Assembly (NCBI RefSeq): GCF_009914755.1
Contig: NC_060929.1
Source: the human T2T-CHM13v2.0 reference genome, Homo sapiens
Length of the DNA stretch: 64,000 bases
Reading direction: 5' to 3' (one strand)
Both the position numbers and the translations under genes were made by a program. This document shows positions 27,280 to 40,801 of the stretch, in pieces. Under the pieces are notes generated by a model. The model was given only the letters and a program-made list of their open reading frames with translations. It had not been told where the DNA came from and searched no databases. Each line of letters opens with the position of its first letter. Position 1 is the stretch's first letter.

Positions 27280-27440
27280 TGTTCTTTTGGTTGAGGCAGT
27301 TGCAGTGGTCCAGCTAGGTTCAAGGGAATATAGACCCCACTGCCTGGTGGAGGAGTGCCTGTGTCTCATTAGTCATTAAGAAGAATATGTGGGATGGGAT
27401 GTATGGGTGTGGCTATCTTTGAGATATAGAATCTGCCACA
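27280..27440 (-). mobile_element. Old MLT1 LTR fragment
   Basis: ccagctaggttcaagggaatatagaccccac...ggctatctttgagatatagaatctgccaca. Confidence 0.55.
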
Positions 27441-30400
27441 CGTTTTGACTCTACTGTTGCTAAATAGGTTCATTCAAGGACTGGGTAGTTTTTGAGGTCC
27501 TTTATCCTCATAGTCAGTGTGATTTATGGATTTGCCGTTGTTAAAAAGGCTAAACTTAAACAGTTTTTGGGTGGAACCTGAACTGTGTTTATTCAGAACT
27601 ATGTAAATATATGATGGGGAGTGTCTGGCAAAGCCTTACCTCATCATGGAGGAATAATACATTGGTTATTTTTTTCTTTTAGTAGGAAATAAATCCTTAG
27701 TCTTTGTCCAGAATCTTAGGCAGTACATAATCACTGTTTTTGTTGTTGTTGTTGTTTTTTGACTATTGTTAAATAGGGCCTAAAATGTCTTAGGGGTTTG
27801 TGAACAAGACAGCCAAGGTTCTACTCTTATGAACCTTCAAGTCATGTGGAAAAGACAGACAGTAAACAAGAAAATGTTTAAGAGTTGTGCTTCTAAGGTT
27901 CCTAGGTAAATGAATGGGGAGGGCCCATGGCAAGTGGTAGTTGTCATCGTCTTATTTGAGCCTAGTTGGTCAGTAGAGGCATCAGAAAAGCCATGTGAGG
28001 AGTTTCACTTAGCCTCTTCTCTGAGGTCCTGGTGTGTGTACTCCACCCAGAAGCTGAGATGAAATTGTCAGGGAACAAACATGGACTTGTTCACAGAATC
28101 CTAGAATAAAAGCTAGATTAAGCAACCCTTCCATATCTACTCTGCCAGTTCTTTTTCTTGCCTTCCTCCTCCAAAGAAAGGTTCAGTAGCGGTAATGTAA
28201 GAACATAAAAGGAAGTAGTACTTTCACACAGCAGACAGTAAACACATGGAATTTATGTGTTTTCCTTGAGATGGAAAGTGTGAAAAGATGGAGATTTCAT
28301 AAGTTCATGAAAACTGGATCTATAACAGGTTATTTAGGGAAATTAGTAATATTATGATCTATGTCTCACCATTTAAGGATATCCAGGGACCTCTGCTTGA
28401 TTTCCTTTCCTCATCTTACCCCACCCATACAATAAAGATTAATTGCCTGGCTTCTTTGTATCAGCCTCGGGGGTCTGGGGATAAAACAGCATTCAGGCTT
28501 CCTACCTTCATGTAGGCAGACAAAGAAGAAAGCAATGAGACACAAATCACTGTAAGTCATCAACTAGGAAAGAAACAAATCCTGGGTGATAGGGAAAGAC
28601 TAATGTCAGATGAAGTGTCAAGATCTGTCCCTGAGGAGGTGGCCACAGGTTTCAAGTCTCACGGTGCTAAGCCCAACACCTAGACTGGAAGATATATTAG
28701 GACAAATCCAGGACATCATTGCCGTTACGTTTACGGTGTAATTAAGGAAAGATTGGGTGGGAGCTGAGGATGCAGCGGTTCCTGCAGTGTATTGAATCCT
28801 TGGAGCCTTCACATTGAATAAGAATCCTTTACCCTAGCTGGAGGTGACTGTTTAGTCACACTGAGTGCGGGCAACCCTGCAAAGCTCCTCAGCCTCCGAG
28901 CCCCAGGTCTGATGGAAACTGTAGATTTCTTGGCTCTGCTGAAAGCTTGTCCCATGAGTGCAAGGGAGCAGGAGATGTCAGAGGCCTGACTTCATCTTGG
29001 CTCCTGCTTTTGTTGGAGGGCAGTTGCTAAGCAACGCATCCCTCTGGCTGGAGCAAAGTAGATGGCTGGCGGAAGAGGGTAGAGACAAGGAAAGTAGAGT
29101 AGTGCCTGAGTCGTGTGGAAGGATGACTTCTAGGAACAGAAATCCATAGAGAGATTTTTGTTTTCAGAGGGAGGTCCTGTTGCAGAATTTCACATGTTCA
29201 TTGTGGCTACCTCTCCCCACCTCTCTTGTGAGCTCTGCTCTTGGTTTAGGGGTTCATAGACTTTTGCTTGTTTGGTAAGAGCCATGCAAACCTCCAGGTC
29301 TGGTGGTAATTACTGAAGCATGGTGGCCTGGTATATGAGAGTGCATTTTCCCTTGTACAAGCCTTCAAGGGGGAAAGGGCTTTTAAATGGGAACATTTGG
29401 TTCAGATTATTTTGATTTGTGTTAATGGGTTGGTTCCAAAGTCATGATTCGCTTTGGGAAATTTAATGGAGAACACTTGCAGGGTGTTATATGTTTGCTT
29501 TTTTCAAGTGATATTTCCCCTGCATTCTTCTGTGGTCACCTTTCCTTATTCTTTAGATCCTCCACCAACATTTCAAGAATTTTTTTGTGTTCTGAAGCGG
29601 CATGTTTCTTGAAATTGTTCTTGAAAAGAGAGGAGTGTGGAGTTATCTGGGTATGTAGTCTGTGGGACAGAAGGTTTGTGGCCGCTTCTTCCATTCCTTC
29701 TACCTGTTAATATCTACCTCACCCATACTTTGTGTCATTTATGCCCCCGTCTTGTGTGCTTCTAAGCATAGCAGAACCTCTGGTTAGTGCAGTTTATTCT
29801 TAGGTTCAGCACCCAGCACAAGAAATCTTGTGGAGTAGGATAGAATAGAATAAGTTCATCCCTGTGTGTCGGGAAGGACTAGGAGAAAAACATGCCTAGA
29901 GGTCCCACAGGTGAAACCCAATAATTGATCTAAAAGTGCGTAGTAGTAGAGCATGGGATTTAGAAATCTGTCTTGTCACCTATCAGCCCTATGTCTTTGG
30001 GCAGGCACTTAACATTTCTGAGGCCAATTTCCCATTTGTAAAATCAGAATGGAAATTCCCTCAACATTTCATTTGGAGGAGGATTATAGGAGGTAATATA
30101 TGCAATAGGCTTAGAACGTAATTGTTTAATAAATGAATGGCAGCTGTTACTGTGAATAATTGTCTTATGTGTGGAGACTTCAGAGATTATACTAGTGATG
30201 GTATATTCTTGTGGGACAAACTCATGAAAATTATCCTCCTTGAAGAATCACATCAGTTAGATCGACTTCTTGTAGGGATGTAGGGGACGTGATTCAAAGG
30301 TCCCCCAAACCTTTGTTCCCCCATACCCTGGCTTTTTCTTCTGTTGGCATATCTGGCTCAGAGGTGGACCTACCCCGCCTTTGGCAACTTCTTATACTTA

Positions 30401-31134
30401 TTTTCTGGGTTGCTTTCTATGTCTGGAAAAGCTTGCCATGAATGTTCCCTACCCCCTGTAATCACACTGGAGGTTTCCAAGACCTTTTGGCACCTCAGAT
30501 GATGTTGGATAGTTGGCTCTGGGACCCAGGCATGCTCCCAAGTCTCTCTGGCTGCTGCTGCTGTTGCTTCCCAAGCATGCAGCTGAGGCAAAGAGTGTGA
30601 TCACTCCTGGGAGCCAAATTGAGGCCTGTGTCTTTCTGACACTGAGTGGAGTTCAGGGATGCAGGGACATGGGCTCATTGAAGCAACTAATGTAGGGTTC
30701 ATCCACATAAAGATGATACCTTTGATTGCTAAGGCATGCTGTTTCACTAGATTGTCATGATTACAATGATGCCTACCATTCATTGAGTGCTTACTCCGTG
30801 CCAGACATGCCAGGCAAACCCACGTGCTTTGCACATTTTGCCTCCTTTTAATCTCAGTGACATACCTATGGAGTAGTGACGTATAATCCCTGTTTTTCTG
30901 CAAGGAAGCTGAGGGTTTTATGGTACCACTACACTTCCTTATGGCGTGTTTTTTTTTGATGATTAAAACATTTCTCAGTATGAGTTGTATGAAGACATGG
31001 GGCACGGTGGATATAGTAGAAAAAGCATTGAATTATAAGTCAGGTTCTAACCAATCTCTCATAACCTCTACCTTCTTTCCTTCCACTTTTCCTTTTAGTT
31101 TATAAAATCTGGGGCTTGATCTGCAGAAGGTGAC

Positions 31135-31330
31135 ACTGTGATATGGTGATGAAGAGCCTGAGCTTTGGCTTCATGCATTCTTAGGGCTGAGTCCTGGCTC
31201 TGCCATTTGTTAGTTATGGGGTCTTGGGAAGTGGTGTGCTCCTGAGCCTTGGTTTCCTCATCTAGAGATGATAACTGTCTCCTTCCATTGTTGTGGGGAC
31301 TAAGTGAGTTAATATATAATAAGATACTTG
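31135..31330 (+). mobile_element. MIR SINE
   Basis: gtcctggctctgccatttgttagttatggggtcttggg...ctgagccttggtttcctcatct. Confidence 0.75.
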
Positions 31331-31362
31331 ACAAGTATCATTACATGTGAGCTAAAAGTGAG

Positions 31363-31698
<336 letters not shown>

Positions 31699-31893
31699 TG
31701 AATGAGTTAGCAGTTTTAAAGCTTTTTTTTTTTTCTTTTTGAGGGTAGTGTCAAAGACTTTGAAATATGATGAAAGTTCAGGACAATTTCCCAAGAAAAA
31801 GCCTCTTTACCCAAAATTCATTTTCAATTTCAGAGGGTTCAGGGCCAGGACCTTCTAGAGCTCTTTGAGAACTCCAGAATAAGAACTCTTTTA

Positions 31894-32182
<289 letters not shown>

Positions 32183-34349
32183 GAACTCTTTTAATTGATT
32201 GTAGGATGGTAGCCCCCGTTTTGCAGGCTATTCCTCCCCTGCTCTCTGATGCCTGCTGAACTTAACTGAGACCAGCACGTGTGGAGGAGCCCTCTGTGAG
32301 GACTGGAGGGATGCACTTCCTTTTCGTCTTCTCCTCCGTTCGCTAGTGAGCAGACTCCTGATTTCTTGGCCTGTGTTGCTGCCCAGAACAAGCACCAGGA
32401 ATATCCTGAGGAGCTGCAGCTCTTGAGGGAGGCTGCTACGAGAGCAGGGAAAATCAGTCTTTCTCTTCCTCAGTTGGGTTATTTCAGGGATGAGAGGAGA
32501 GGGAGCAGCAAAGACTCTGGGATTTTAGGAAGAACCAAGCTACTGTGTGTTGATCGTCTGTTCTGTACCAGGAACTGTGTCTAGGTGGTTTGCATTCATT
32601 ATTTCTCATCCTTAGAAGAATGCTTCCGGGTGGGTATTTGTTATCACCCTGCTTCACAGATGAGGAAGCTGAGTCTCAGAGCAGTTAAGAATAGCAAATG
32701 TCCAAGGTGGGAGTCAGGTCAGCTCTCTGAAATCATGGAGGTCTTCTGTGCCATGCAGTTCCCCTAGATGGAGTCAGGCCTCTGGGGTAAAGGGTGACTT
32801 CACGCCCTTTGCTGATAAAGGAAATGCTTTTCCTTCTGGTGGCCAGACATCCGCAGTTACTGTCTTTGTTATGTGCTCTAGGTGGCCTTCTCAGTGCTGA
32901 ACTGCAGACCCGTGTATTTTTAGAAAAGGAAGAGGCTTCTGTGTGTACTGTTTATGTACAGACACATATCAGCTTCTCAGTACTAAAATCAGCTAAAGCA
33001 GCTGAGTGTCAGCTCTGGCTGGTGTCCAGATAACTGGCGGCCCTGTCTTCTGGCTGGCAGGTCCTCACCATGATGGCTTCAGGGACATGACTGACCCCTC
33101 ACATCTCTCTTCTTGATAGACTAAGCTCTGAGTCCCCACAGAGACCTGCCTCTACTTCCTCCCCAAGCTCAGCTCTTGGCTTGTCAGCAGTTGGTCAGGC
33201 TGCATCCTTTTCTTTTTTTCCATTTCCCTGCCTGCATTTTCTCCTTGTTTCCTCACCCACACTTCACTCACATGCCTTTTTTTCCCCTGTGAGACCAATC
33301 ACGTTTTGATTTTTTTGTTGTTATGGTCAAAGAGGTTTATTTTGTGCACCGCAGTGAAACTGGCTACCTAAGGTATCCATGTGTGAAAGCCACGCATTAG
33401 TTTCAAGGGAGGGCAGTGTACTGCAGCGTTTGGGTCTCTGTATCACCATTGTCTGCTCACATTTATAGCTGACTCATGTTGAGTTATATGCCAGACGCTG
33501 GCTTTGTGTATTACCTGTTGGGCCACAGTTACCTGTGTGAGGGTGGTTCTGGTATTATCTCACGGGCCTGAGACCTTTCCAAGGTCACATGGCTGGAGTT
33601 GTATCCAAGCTCAGAGGGGTGCCGAGGTATATGTGTCGGGTGAGGAGGAGTCACCAGTGCATAGGTGGGAGGGTGGGGCATGCCACCTTTCGTGCCTGTC
33701 TCTTGCTCCCAGGGGAATGTCTTTTGGTGTGGCCCAGGTGAGCCAGAATTTCAGGTCTTTTTGAGGATTAGTCTGTTTGACCTTCTTCTCCTCTCTGGCA
33801 AAGAGGATTTGGATGGGATTTCCCTTCAGTGGGGATTTTATCTTAGTAAGGGCTGCAGAACTGGGCCTGCTGCTTCTAGGATGTGCTATGTCATTCCTGC
33901 TCACTCCTCTGCTGTGACCACCCCTGCCACTTCCCCTTTATACCCCAGAATGAAGACTGCATCTCATAGACATTTGGGAGCAAAAGAGACTTACATTTTG
34001 TGCTGTCCTGTGAGAATCTATATATAGGATGTTGAGTAACCACTTGTAAGACACTTTGGTATCTTATTTGAGTAGTTTGGCAGATGTCCTTTAGTCTTGT
34101 TTTCTCTTTCTTCATTCATTAATTCAATATGTATTGATTAGTATGCTTAAAGCATACATGTATGTGAATAACTCTCCCTTAAAGGAGGATACCATGGGGG
34201 GACAGTGAGATCCAGAACCACTCGGTGTGCTAAGGACTTTTCACGTCTTATCTCAGAACAACCTTATGAGGTGGGTAGGAAACCTAAGAAGGGGTCTGTG
34301 AAAAAATGGGTAGCGGGGGGTGATTCATGAAGGGCCCCATGTGGGGCTG

Positions 34350-34555
34350 CCAGAGTGAGAATCTCAGCTCTGTTGCTTGCTCTCGGTGCACCTTGGGCAA
34401 ATCACTGTGCCTCTCTCACCTTCTGTTTTCTCATCTGTGAAACGGGGATAACAGTGCCTGTCTCATGGGATTTTGAGAGTCAAATGAAACAATGTTTGTA
34501 AATTTCACAGCATTTCTCTGATACACAGTAAGATCTCAATAAAAGGTGGCTATTT
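34350..34555 (+). mobile_element. MIR SINE
   Basis: accttgggcaaatcactgtgcctctc...ttttctcatctgtgaaacggggataacagtgcc. Confidence 0.75.
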
Positions 34556-34574
34556 TTAAAATTACTATTATTAG

Positions 34575-34967
<393 letters not shown>

Positions 34968-36789
34968 AGGATGATGATGTCTTAACTGCCATTAGGTGGC
35001 ACAAATAGAGTGCCACGAAGAGGCTCAAGGGAGAGAAGCAGCACCTGTGTTGTATGGGTGGTGGGCAGTGCTGCAGGTGGACTGGCGTGGGCCTGGGAGG
35101 ACTCCATGGATGAGATGGCATTTGGAGGTTTGGCCCATCTGGACACCTGGAGGTGGGGAAGTGCAACATTGCTGGTGGAGTGAACATCAGGGAAGATACT
35201 CAGGGTTGAGAATTGGGTTGTGTGTGAGCTCAGGCATCCTGATTCAGAGCAGAGGTGGGGCTGTGTAAGCCCATGAGGGCAGGGGCTGGGCTGGGTTAGT
35301 TCTGTCCTAGAAGAGTGCCTACCACCTGGGAGGGGCTCCACACACAGTTGTTCAATCCAATTGAATGGCAGTGTCTGAAGGTGGCAAGCTTTAGTTGGTG
35401 AAGGGGAGTGATCTGGGAGAAAGGAATTTTGAACTTCAGTTGGAGAAGTTGATTTCTGCCCACAGTGAGACGTGGAATTCTTTCATTTGTATTGCAAAAG
35501 GCTAGCTCTCTCAGCCGCCTGGTATTAAACTGTAAGTTGCTCTAGACACTAGTTTTGGTTTTATCTGGACAGTGAATCTGATACTCTCTGAGCTGTTTGG
35601 TCAACATTGCTTATGGTAATAGGAGATTACAGGACTGGGTGGCCATCACTCCCCGGGGTCTTTTAAATTTAAGACCACAGAACCTTGAACCAAACAAAAG
35701 CTTGTTTGAAGTGAATAGCGTGTGTGGCCCTGTGGTTTTCCCAGTCCCATTTTCCTCCTTTACTCCCTTCCAGTTCTTCCTTGTTTTCTGTGGTCAGATT
35801 CTCACCATAGGTGGTTCTCCAGCCTTGGCACATCAGCTGAGTGCAGGCGCTCCTCACTTTGTCTAACATATGTGTTAGAGTAAGGCTGTGTGAACATCAT
35901 AGTTGTGTAGGTGGCGTGGAAGCTGCCGAGGTGAGCACAGTGTGAAAGAATTTTGCTTATAATGAGTCCTTAGTGAGGCAAAGGATGGCATTAGTTTTGA
36001 ACATCTGTACCCTAATTCTGTATATGATTCTTTGCATGGTTTTTATATGTTAGGTTTTCCTGTAGCAGTCTACAAAATTGGAAGTTCCTTAAGACAGGGG
36101 CCTGCTCCCTCACTATGTAACCTAGCCATGGCTTGTGGGAATTAACCAGTGGGCATCCGATTTATGGGCCAGGCAGCTCTTTCTTTCCCGCCTACTTGGT
36201 TTCTTGGCCCTACTAAGTAATGACTGTCAGAGGACAAACATGGGTGTGTTAGAGATCTCAGGAGCAATTGGTTATCTTTGCACTAAATTGGTTTTAAACT
36301 AGAGGTAATGATCTGAAATTTACTGGAAGTCTCTTCCATGTTGTTTATTGGTTCCATGGTGATACCATGCCCAACTCTAACTTGATTTTTTATCAAATGT
36401 GTTTATTACCCTCTTCTCTGAGCCACAAACAACACTTTAGAAGGGCATAAAGGGATGGGAGTCAAGGTCAGCAGTTTTGACAAATGATTTGAAAGATTGA
36501 AACCATCTCAGGATAATTTTCACTAGCTAAAGCAATTCCAGTAGGTTTTCATTGTGAAGTAGGTGTGGACTCTTGTGTTCTCACTCTTGGGTAAGACAGG
36601 TTCTCACACCAAAAAGACCCAAGACTTCAGAGCAGGGGAGGCACACCTCTTATCTCTCCCCTCCCAGAGCATTTCCATTTGTATTTGGCTTTTCTTTTAA
36701 AAAGACAAATGGTGCTTGAGAAGGTGTGCATACTTTCAAACAGCCGCCGTGAGATTTTGCTAACATTCCTTCTCTGTGTTGAAATTCTC

Positions 36790-37620
36790 TCCTCCTCCAT
36801 TGACAGTGTGCTCTCCATGCTTCATTCATCCCCTTCTGAACGTCCCTTCCTTGCTCACCTTCTTTGTCCTGTGGATCTTCTCAAGGTTCCCTTCCTTGTG
36901 GGCTTCTCCTCCCCAACCAGAAGGTCTGCCTCTCTTTGTCACTAATCTCTCCAGTCCCTAGCTTCTGCCACCACCCACATGAACATGACTCCTAGACTTC
37001 CCTCTGGCAGCCCCAGCCCCTCTCCAGTTCTTTAGTTTCTTGATGTCTGCTGGCATCTCTAATCTGTATGCATTGCTGGTGCCTCAATCCTGCCGTGTTT
37101 CTGTCCTCTTTCCTCCAGTCTGCTTCACCTCCCATGCTCCCTGTTTCTGTTAAAAATGCTGTTGCTGTCCCCGTCATCCAGGCACAACCTCTGGACCCAC
37201 ATGTGATGATTTGTTTCACCCAGTTAGTCCCCAAACCCCACGGGTGTTCTTCTGCACACACTCTTCTCACCACGCCAACCACTGCTGGTTCAGACCCTGG
37301 CTACCTCTAAACTAGGCCCCAGCCAGAGCCACCTCACTTGGATCTTTCCTTCCCTTCCTCTGTGGAGACAGAGACTCTGCTCTGCTGCCTCCTGCAGCCT
37401 CATGCCCTCATTGTGTTCCCTAGGCCTCTTCAGAGCTCTGCCTACCTCTCCTGCTCTGCCTATGGCTTGTCCCCTTCTTTTGGCCCTACTATTTCCCGTG
37501 TGTGCAGCCCAGTGTCCTGCCTCTGTGCTTTTGTTTAAATTGTCCCCTCTTCCCATAGGGGTTATTCTCCCCATCTCTCCTTGGTCAATTCCTTTGTGAC
37601 CAGTTTAACTCCTCCTTCCT
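36790..37620 (+). mobile_element. Degenerate L2 LINE region
   Basis: Long pyrimidine-rich stretch with L2-like motifs (caccactgctggttcagaccct; cctgcctctgtgcttttgtt). Confidence 0.5.
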
Positions 37621-38412
37621 TAGAGGAACATCATCCTTTCAGTGGGGGCAGTTTCTCCTCTGACTGAATTCTTATTACAGATGCTCTCTCTCTCTCTCTA
37701 TGGTGCTTACTGCTTTTTCTTTTTCTTGCAACCAGCATTAAAAACAACAACAACAACAACAAAACACACAAAAAAACAACATTCTGTATTTTTGAAGCAT
37801 GGTAGAGTTGTTAAGAGTAAATTAGGAGTCAGACCTATACTTGCATACAAACTTTCGAAGTTATTAGCTATATAAGGTGGAAAAGTTTCTTAATATCTCT
37901 GAGCCTCAGTCTCTCCGTAAAATAGGTATAATGATGCCTTCCTGATTGAGCTCTTGGGAGGATTGAAGGAGATGGTATAAGTCAATGTCAGACACATAGT
38001 AGGTCCTCTATTAGTCCTATTTCTACCTCCTCCCTTCTCATTAGGCTGCTAACTTCTTCAGTCTGCATACATTTTAGTTTTGTATTATGCAGAGCCCTGT
38101 GCCTCATATGTAGCAAATAAGGAATAGCTATTAGCTGGATAGCCAATGGATCTGAAAGGACTTTAAAGAGAAAGGATTTTAAGAGAATCACTGGTATAGC
38201 CAATGCTTCTACTGTGCAAATGTCTAGCATTAGAGTGGTGGATAAGCTCGATATGCAGTGTCAACCAGGCCACAGGAAGATTTTTGTATCACCTCTGAGA
38301 CACGAATAGTTTACACTACAGATTAATCAGGATGGATTTAATGATGAAATAATTTAATTGTTTCACAGATGAGTGGATTTTGTATTTTTGTTCCCATGGA
38401 AAATACATTTTT

Positions 38413-38707
<295 letters not shown>

Positions 38708-40487
38708 GGAAAATACATTTTTGACATTAGCTAAGATAACATCAGGCATTAGCTTGTTAGCAAACATTATTCTACCATATCCAGGCTTGAGATTGTAATT
38801 TTAGTAGTTCAGTTCAGTTGTTTTATTATGAACAGCTTGGCATTTTGCCCCTCATAGGCTCATGCACAAGAACTGAGTTTTACCTCATAATCAGAAGGTA
38901 ACTCCCAACTATTTATGGATCACTGATGGAACTGGTGTCTCCCTGGCAGCTGTGCAGAATTGGTTATAATCCTTTAGGCCCTATGTGGCCGCCCCCTCCC
39001 TCCCGTTTTACACTGGTCTCACCACCCCTGCCCTTTCTCCCACGTGCTGGCCTTTAGTTGCTGTGTTTTCTCCAGCCACATGGTCTTGTGCACCTGGTGC
39101 TCTTTCGGCATGGCCTTCTCTTCTCCCTCATCTTTGTCAGGTTGACTTTATTTCTGCCTATTAATTTCACACTTTGTCATACAGAGGTCCAGAGACTTGC
39201 CTGAGGTCATAGCAGGTTATTCATGGAGTCTGGCTATTTCCAGGGTTCACTCTACATAGGCACACAGTCCCTCCCCAGTCTTGGAAAGATGATTCATGTT
39301 GACCAGAAATTCAGCTGTCCTCTAGCAATAGTTTGGGTTTGCTGACAGTCTCGCTCCTTCCGGAACTTGATAAAATAATGATAAGCACTTGTTCTAGAGG
39401 GTTGGATAGGTTTTCTGTGAAGAGGCAAGTAATGCTGTGCAGAGGAATGTTAAAGAGAAAAGAAAGAGTGAGGTATGCAGCCGCCGGCAAAGCATCAGAG
39501 AGGTAGTTTGGCCTGCAGGGCCTCTGAGCGGTCAGAGGTAGTTTAGAAGGGACAGATCTCAGGTGGGAGTCATTCAGCCTTTGCAGTGTTGTGGGATGCT
39601 CACATATGTTAGTGAGTATTGTTGAGGGGACCTCATTGTCCTCTGGGGACATGGAATTGGCCCTCCTCACAGGCATTGCTGAGTTCTTTACTAGTGCTGG
39701 CTAAGGTCAAAGGCATTCTTGGGAAAGCAAGTCAGCATGGCAGGATCAGCAATCTTAAAACCATCCTTCTAACTCTTACAAAATTCAGGGAGACTGTCTT
39801 GGAGCAGATTTATTTTATTTTTCCCTAAATGACTAATTATAGCATTCGTGCTATTAATATGGATGCCTATGGCTTGTAACAGTCGGGATTTCTGTTCACA
39901 TCTCACATGCATTCTCGCATGTTGATGCATTTTGGCTGCTTGCTGCCTGTGGACTGCCAGCAGTTGAATTGGTTTTCCATGATTTGGTCGAGTGTCTTGG
40001 AAGGAGACAATGGGAAGGTTCTTTGATCCAGAGGAGGTCTGTGTTTCCCTGGAACTCTGTCATCATGATAACATGATCTCACTCAGTAAGTTGGTGACTT
40101 ACTTACGTTCTAAAAGACCAACAAAACAGAGTTTACCATGTAGAAGCCTTGTGTGTCGCTCTGCCTGCAGTCAGGGATTCGAGCTGCTGTCTCTGCATGT
40201 CCTGTTGAAGCACCATGACATTGAGCCTCTCCTTTGGCACAGAGATATCAGAGTCTCTCTTTTGCAGAGGCCTGCTGCTTTGAAACCTTTGACCTCCCTC
40301 ATTTCTCAAGCTTGCCTTTATCGAGCTCCAAAGGTGGAGGAAGTACTGATGAGGGGAGGCCAGAGAGTCTACTCAGCAGAGAGCAGTGTCAGCTGATTCT
40401 CAGTTTGGCCCAGAAGAAGTACTTAGACTCTGAAGTGGGTTTCTGGGGTGATTGGTGAGAACTTATCTTTATGGTAGCTTAGATTTT

Positions 40488-40801
40488 ATTTTTTAATTTT
40501 ATTATTATTTTTTGAGACAGGGTCTTCTTTTGTCGCCTAGGCTGGAGTGCACTGTTACCATCTTGGCTCACTGCAACCTCCGCCTCCTGGGCTCAAGTGA
40601 TCCCCCTACCCCTACCTCTGCCTCCCAAGTAGCGGGGACTGCAGGCATGTGTCACCACATCCAGCTAATTTTTGTATTTTTAATAGAGATGAGGTTTCAC
40701 CATGTTGGCCGGGCTGGTCTCAAACTCCTGACCTCAAGTGATCCACCTGCCTTGGCCTCCCAACGTGCTAGGATTATAGACGTGAGCCACTATGCCCAGC
40801 C
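40488..40801 (-). mobile_element. AluJb-like, 13-bp TSD
   Basis: TSD tagcttagatttt at 40475-40487 and 40802-40814; ctcctgggctcaagtgatcc. Confidence 0.9.

Noticed and set aside
31323-31339. Perfect 8-bp inverted repeat gatacttg-a-caagtatc
   Set aside because: An 8-bp stem is expected by chance in 64 kb and there is no supporting context.
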